Assembly: GCA_049279095.1 (NCBI GenBank)
Contig: JBAPNK010000022.1
Location: forward strand, 1-28,356
Reading direction: 5' to 3'
Length of the DNA: 28,356 nucleotides
Origin: Minisyncoccia bacterium
GTDB taxonomy: Bacteria > Patescibacteriota > Minisyncoccia > Phycocordibacterales > UBA9973
Shown: positions 24,872 to 28,356 of the stretch, one piece after another
How the letters are laid out: every line of letters starts with the position of its first letter
Position numbering within the stretch: position 1 is the first letter of the stretch
Position numbers and translations under genes: made by a program
Notes under the pieces: generated by a model
Databases searched by the model: none
What the model was told of the DNA's origin: nothing
What the model saw: the letters and a program-made list of their open reading frames with translations, nothing else

Positions 24872-25183
24872 ATGCAAATTCATAATCTAAAAAGAGAACA
24901 TAAAAATAAAAAAGACCGTTTGGTCGGCCGCGGCGGCAAACACGCCAAAACTTCCGGTCGCGGCGGCAAGGGGCAAACAGCGCGCGCCGGTAACAAGCGC
25001 CGTCCGGAGCTTCGCGATATCATCAAGAAGTTGCCAAAGAATCGCGGATATCAATTTAAGTCCAAAAAGAAACCGTTTAAATTGTCTTTGGATAAAGTTC
25101 TGATGGTTGCCGGCAAAAAAGAAAGTTTTTCCGAGATCAGGAAGCGACTTGGGATTAAGGGCAGGCATATAATTATCAAATAG
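24872..25183 (+). CDS. rplO: 50S ribosomal protein L15 (short)
   Basis: MQIHNL, VGRGG..KTSGRGGKGQTARAG, LPKNRG. Confidence 0.93.
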   Translation: MQIHNLKREHKNKKDRLVGRGGKHAKTSGRGGKGQTARAGNKRRPELRDIIKKLPKNRGYQFKSKKKPFKLSLDKVLMVAGKKESFSEIRKRLGIKGRHIIIK

Positions 25184-25186
25184 TTA

Positions 25187-25237
25187 TACCCCATCCTTTC
25201 TCCTCCCCCTACAGTAGGGGGAGGAAGGGTAGGGGTA
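25187..25237. repeat. C-rich/G-rich REP-like hairpin, copy 4 (longest)
   Basis: TCCTCCCCCTA-CAG-TAGGGGGAGGA with outer TACCCC/GGGGTA. Confidence 0.7.
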
Positions 25238-25246
25238 AAAAACTGC

Positions 25247-26518
25247 ATGCAAAATTTTTGGAATAAAATAAAACTGATTTGGACCGATCCGTCTTTGCGC
25301 AAACGAGTTTTGTTTGTTTTTTTGGCGCTGATCATTTTCCGGTTGCTGGCGGCGATTCCGATTCCTGGCATTGACACGGTCCAGCTGAATCGATTTTTAT
25401 CCAACAATCAATTTTTCGGCATCTTGAACATTTTCTCCGGCGGCGGGCTTTCCAATCTTTCCATTATTATGCTCGGCGTCGGTCCTTACATCACCGGATC
25501 GATTATTATGCAGCTTTTGACGATTATGGTGCCGTCGCTCAAGAAAATTTATCATGAAGAAGGCGAAGCCGGCCGGAAAAAATTTGCGCAATACGGCCGG
25601 TTGCTGACGGTGCCGCTCGCGGCCGTTCAGGGTTTCAGCTTGCTGTATATTTTGGAAAAGCAGAATATTTTGACCAATCTAACCCGTTTCAATTATGTTA
25701 CCGATTTGTTCATCGTTATCGCCGGCTCGGTTTTCTTGATGTGGATCGGCGAGCTGGTTTCCGAATTCGGTATCGGCAACGGCGTATCACTGATCATCTT
25801 CGCCGGCATTGTTTCGCGTCTGCCGGCCTGGGTCAGCCAGCACATTTTCACTTTTGACATTTCCCAGTTGCCTTTATATGTTGTTTTTTCGGTGGTTGGC
25901 GTGCTGATTTTAGCCGGAATTGTTTTGGTCACTGAAGCCGAACGGCCGATTCCGGTCACTTACGCCAAGCGCGTTCGCGGAACGAAAATGTACGGCGGCG
26001 GCTCGACTTATCTGCCACTTCGTGTAAACCAAGCCGGCGTGATTCCGATAATTTTCGCGCTTTCCATTTTGCTTTTTCCGCAAATGATTGGCACTTTTCT
26101 TTCCCGCTATACAAATATAATTCTTTCTAAAATCTCGCATATCTTAATCGCTTTTAATCAGACCTCCGTTTGGTATGCGATTTTGTATTTCATTTTTGTT
26201 TTCCTGTTCACTTATTTTTACACTGCGGTCACTTTTGATCCGGAAGCTCTTTCGGAGAATCTGCAAAAAAACGGCGCGTTCATTCCGGGTATTCGTCCAG
26301 GCGCGTCCACATCAAGTTACATTTCCAATGTCTTGAACCGCATCACTTTGCTCGGTGCGGTTTTCCTCGGTATCGTGGCTGTCTTGCCGCTCATAATGCA
26401 ATTTATAACCGGCAACACTAGTTTCGCTCTCGGTGGCACCTCCGTTTTGATCGTCGTTTCCGTCGTGCTAGACCTGATCAAAAAAGTCGACGCGCAGGTT
26501 TCGATGAGAGAATACTAA
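25247..26518 (+). CDS. secY: Preprotein translocase subunit SecY
   Basis: LGVGPYITGSII, GIGNGVSLIIFAGI, QAGVIPIIFA, IPGIRPG, GGTSVLIVVSV. Confidence 0.99.
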   Translation: MQNFWNKIKLIWTDPSLRKRVLFVFLALIIFRLLAAIPIPGIDTVQLNRFLSNNQFFGILNIFSGGGLSNLSIIMLGVGPYITGSIIMQLLTIMVPSLKKIYHEEGEAGRKKFAQYGRLLTVPLAAVQGFSLLYILEKQNILTNLTRFNYVTDLFIVIAGSVFLMWIGELVSEFGIGNGVSLIIFAGIVSRLPAWVSQHIFTFDISQLPLYVVFSVVGVLILAGIVLVTEAERPIPVTYAKRVRGTKMYGGGSTYLPLRVNQAGVIPIIFALSILLFPQMIGTFLSRYTNIILSKISHILIAFNQTSVWYAILYFIFVFLFTYFYTAVTFDPEALSENLQKNGAFIPGIRPGASTSSYISNVLNRITLLGAVFLGIVAVLPLIMQFITGNTSFALGGTSVLIVVSVVLDLIKKVDAQVSMREY

Positions 26519-26551
26519 AAATTACTAGGCAAGACCTAGTCGAAAAAGATT

Positions 26552-27088
26552 ATGTCTAAAAAAGAAAAATTTGAAATAATATTGACTGGTGGAACAATAG
26601 ATTCAAAATGGAGTGGTATTGCCGATACGGCGGTGGTTAATTCTCATTCAGTAATTCCTAATTATTTTCAAAAATTGATTATCTATCCAAAAATAAAGTT
26701 TAACGAAATTTGCATGAAAGACAGTCGACAGCTTAATCAGCGAGACGTTGCGAATATACTAAAAGCGGTTGAAAATAGTGAAGCCGAAAAAATTATCATC
26801 ACTCATGGCACATATACAATGCCAGACACAGCTAAATTTATAGAAGTGAATTTGAAGCGGAAAGACCAGACAATTATTTTCACAGGTTCAATGATTCCTC
26901 TTAATGGATTTTATCCGACAGATGCCACTTTTAATTTAGGATTTGCTCTTTCAAAAGCGCAAGAATTGTTGCCGGGCATTTATTTGTGCATGAACGGTGA
27001 AACATTCACTCCGCAAGAAGTCGCTAAAAATCTAGGAGAAGGGAAATTCTATTCCATTTTCAAAAAAAACAATAAGAATATTGCATAG
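26552..27088 (+). CDS. Short asparaginase/glutaminase N-terminal-domain protein
   Basis: LTGGTI, KDS, THGTYTM, FTGSMIP, DATFNL. Confidence 0.85.
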   Translation: MSKKEKFEIILTGGTIDSKWSGIADTAVVNSHSVIPNYFQKLIIYPKIKFNEICMKDSRQLNQRDVANILKAVENSEAEKIIITHGTYTMPDTAKFIEVNLKRKDQTIIFTGSMIPLNGFYPTDATFNLGFALSKAQELLPGIYLCMNGETFTPQEVAKNLGEGKFYSIFKKNNKNIA

Positions 27089-27313
27089 TTATAAAATCTT
27101 TGCAATTTCTTCTTTTGAAATTTTTAGATCGTTTAGAATTCCCAAAAGCGTGCCCTTCGGGATTTCTTTGTTTCCGTGAACGGGTACCGTCACTTTTTTG
27201 CCGGATTCGTTTCTTAAAATATAATGACTGCCTTGAATATGATCCAAATACCAGCCCATTTTTTCGAGAATTTTAACTAATTTTTTTCCTTTTACATTTG
27301 GCAATTTAGGCAT
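27089..27313 (-). CDS. hicA: HicA-family toxin
   Basis: QGSH, VTVPVHGNKEIPKGTL; start moved to ATG 27313, overlapping the hicB stop. Confidence 0.92.
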   Translation of the reverse strand: MPKLPNVKGKKLVKILEKMGWYLDHIQGSHYILRNESGKKVTVPVHGNKEIPKGTLLGILNDLKISKEEIAKIL

Positions 27314-27566
27314 AAGCTCTTTTTCGTTCTCTGAGAAAAGTCGGAATAGAAACTGTTTCGATTGATTGAAATCCAAGGTCGCTCGGAATAGGGTCGCCAT
27401 GTTTGACACAGGAAAGCAAATAACCCTCGATGGCTTCGTTTAGATATTTTTTTGTTTCCGATATGGTTTTTCCAAAAGTGTGGCACCCGCGAAGCACCGG
27501 CACATAACCATGAAAAAATTTGCCGTCCGGTTCTATAATTGTGCGATAAGTATATGATTTAGTCAT
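27306..27566 (-). CDS. hicB: HicB-family antitoxin (short form)
   Basis: VPVLRGCHTFGKTISE, GDPIP; TGtTATAAT 6 nt upstream of the ATG (leaderless). Confidence 0.9.
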   Translation of the reverse strand: MTKSYTYRTIIEPDGKFFHGYVPVLRGCHTFGKTISETKKYLNEAIEGYLLSCVKHGDPIPSDLGFQSIETVSIPTFLRERKRAYA

Positions 27567-27586
27567 ATAAGTATTATAACATTATT

Positions 27587-28156
27587 TTAATTTTTCAGCC
27601 ACTTTTGGTATTTCTCAATAATTATATTTACGACTTGCTCCAGGTTGTTTTTTTGGGTGTCAATTACTAAATCAAAATTATTTTTGTCGGTGTTGTCTAT
27701 TTTATACAAATCCCAATATCTTTTCTGCTCGCTTTGAAAACGCTTTTGCATTGTTGCGTAAATTTCTTCCAAGCTGCCGGCTTCTTTTTCGCTTTGCTGA
27801 CGCAATTTATTTTCTTTCAAATTGTTCAAAATTCTGTTTTTGGCGATTTCTGGCGGAAGATCCAAATAAACCTTAAACGATTTCGGAATCCAATGAAACG
27901 CCAGGCGTGAATCAATAACAATTTTCTGATTATTATTTAAATCTCTCATTTTTTGATCGGTCATTTCGTCTATTTTCGGGTTTGTCTCGGCGCGGATATT
28001 TGTTTCAGTTACCGACAAACCCAATTCCAGCCCGACTTGCCGAAAAAAGTCTCCGGAAGAAAAATGTTTATAGTCGAGAATCTCTGCAACTTTCTTGGCC
28101 GCGCTAGATTTCCCGCTACCTAAACTGCCGCAGATGGTAATGATTTCTTTTTTCAT
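27587..28156 (-). CDS. cmk: Cytidylate kinase, archaeal/type-2-like
   Basis: ITICGSLGSGKSS P-loop, SGDFFR, IDSRL, KRY..LY.ID, FDLVIDT. Confidence 0.85.
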   Translation of the reverse strand: MKKEIITICGSLGSGKSSAAKKVAEILDYKHFSSGDFFRQVGLELGLSVTETNIRAETNPKIDEMTDQKMRDLNNNQKIVIDSRLAFHWIPKSFKVYLDLPPEIAKNRILNNLKENKLRQQSEKEAGSLEEIYATMQKRFQSEQKRYWDLYKIDNTDKNNFDLVIDTQKNNLEQVVNIIIEKYQKWLKN

Positions 28157-28178
28157 AATTTATGGTATTATAGCATAT

Positions 28179-28356
28179 ATGCAACCGCAAACTTTTGTTT
28201 TTTTCGGACAAGTGGGTTCCGGCAAGGGAACGCAGGCTAAATTATTGGCTGATTTTTTAAAAAAGAAAGACGGTCTTGATTCTGTTTACGCTGGCACCGG
28301 TGAAGGATTCAGGAAATTAATTGAATCCAAAAATTACACCGCGAACCTTGTGCAGG
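28179..28356 (+). CDS. adk: Adenylate/nucleoside monophosphate kinase, truncated by window end
   Basis: MQPQTFVFFGQVGSGKGTQAKLL...TGEGFR; usual position downstream of secY; absent from the ORF track. Confidence 0.85.
   Translation, partial: MQPQTFVFFGQVGSGKGTQAKLLADFLKKKDGLDSVYAGTGEGFRKLIESKNYTANLVQ

Overview
Chromosomal window of a Patescibacteria (CPR, Parcubacteria-like) bacterium using genetic code 11. The assignment is inferred from the absence of rpmD/uL30, AT-rich Shine-Dalgarno-less starts and TGA used as stop. (1) 50-3563 is a pyrimidine-nucleotide cluster: dCMP deaminase, DHFR, a thymidylate-synthase homologue, a second Zn deaminase, a DNPH1/Rcl-like N-glycosidase and an HD hydrolase. 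The synthase has Asp where dUMP-specific enzymes have Asn177, the signature of dCMP-acting enzymes, suggesting a dCMP->5-methyl-dCMP->dTMP route or a modified-cytosine pathway. (2) Next come a DEAD-box helicase, rpmB and a site-2 protease. (3) The str-S10-spc ribosomal cluster (rpsL to secY) is interrupted by a HicBA module plus two ORFs between fusA and tuf, and by two AbiE type IV toxin-antitoxin pairs between rplB and rpsS. The AbiE pairs enclose two candidate structured non-coding RNAs. (4) The window ends with an asparaginase-domain gene, a second HicBA, cmk and partial adk. Several small palindromic repeat families occur between genes and in-frame inside conserved proteins. Three divergent gene pairs share overlapping -10 boxes. 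All calls come from motif reading by eye; no searches were run.
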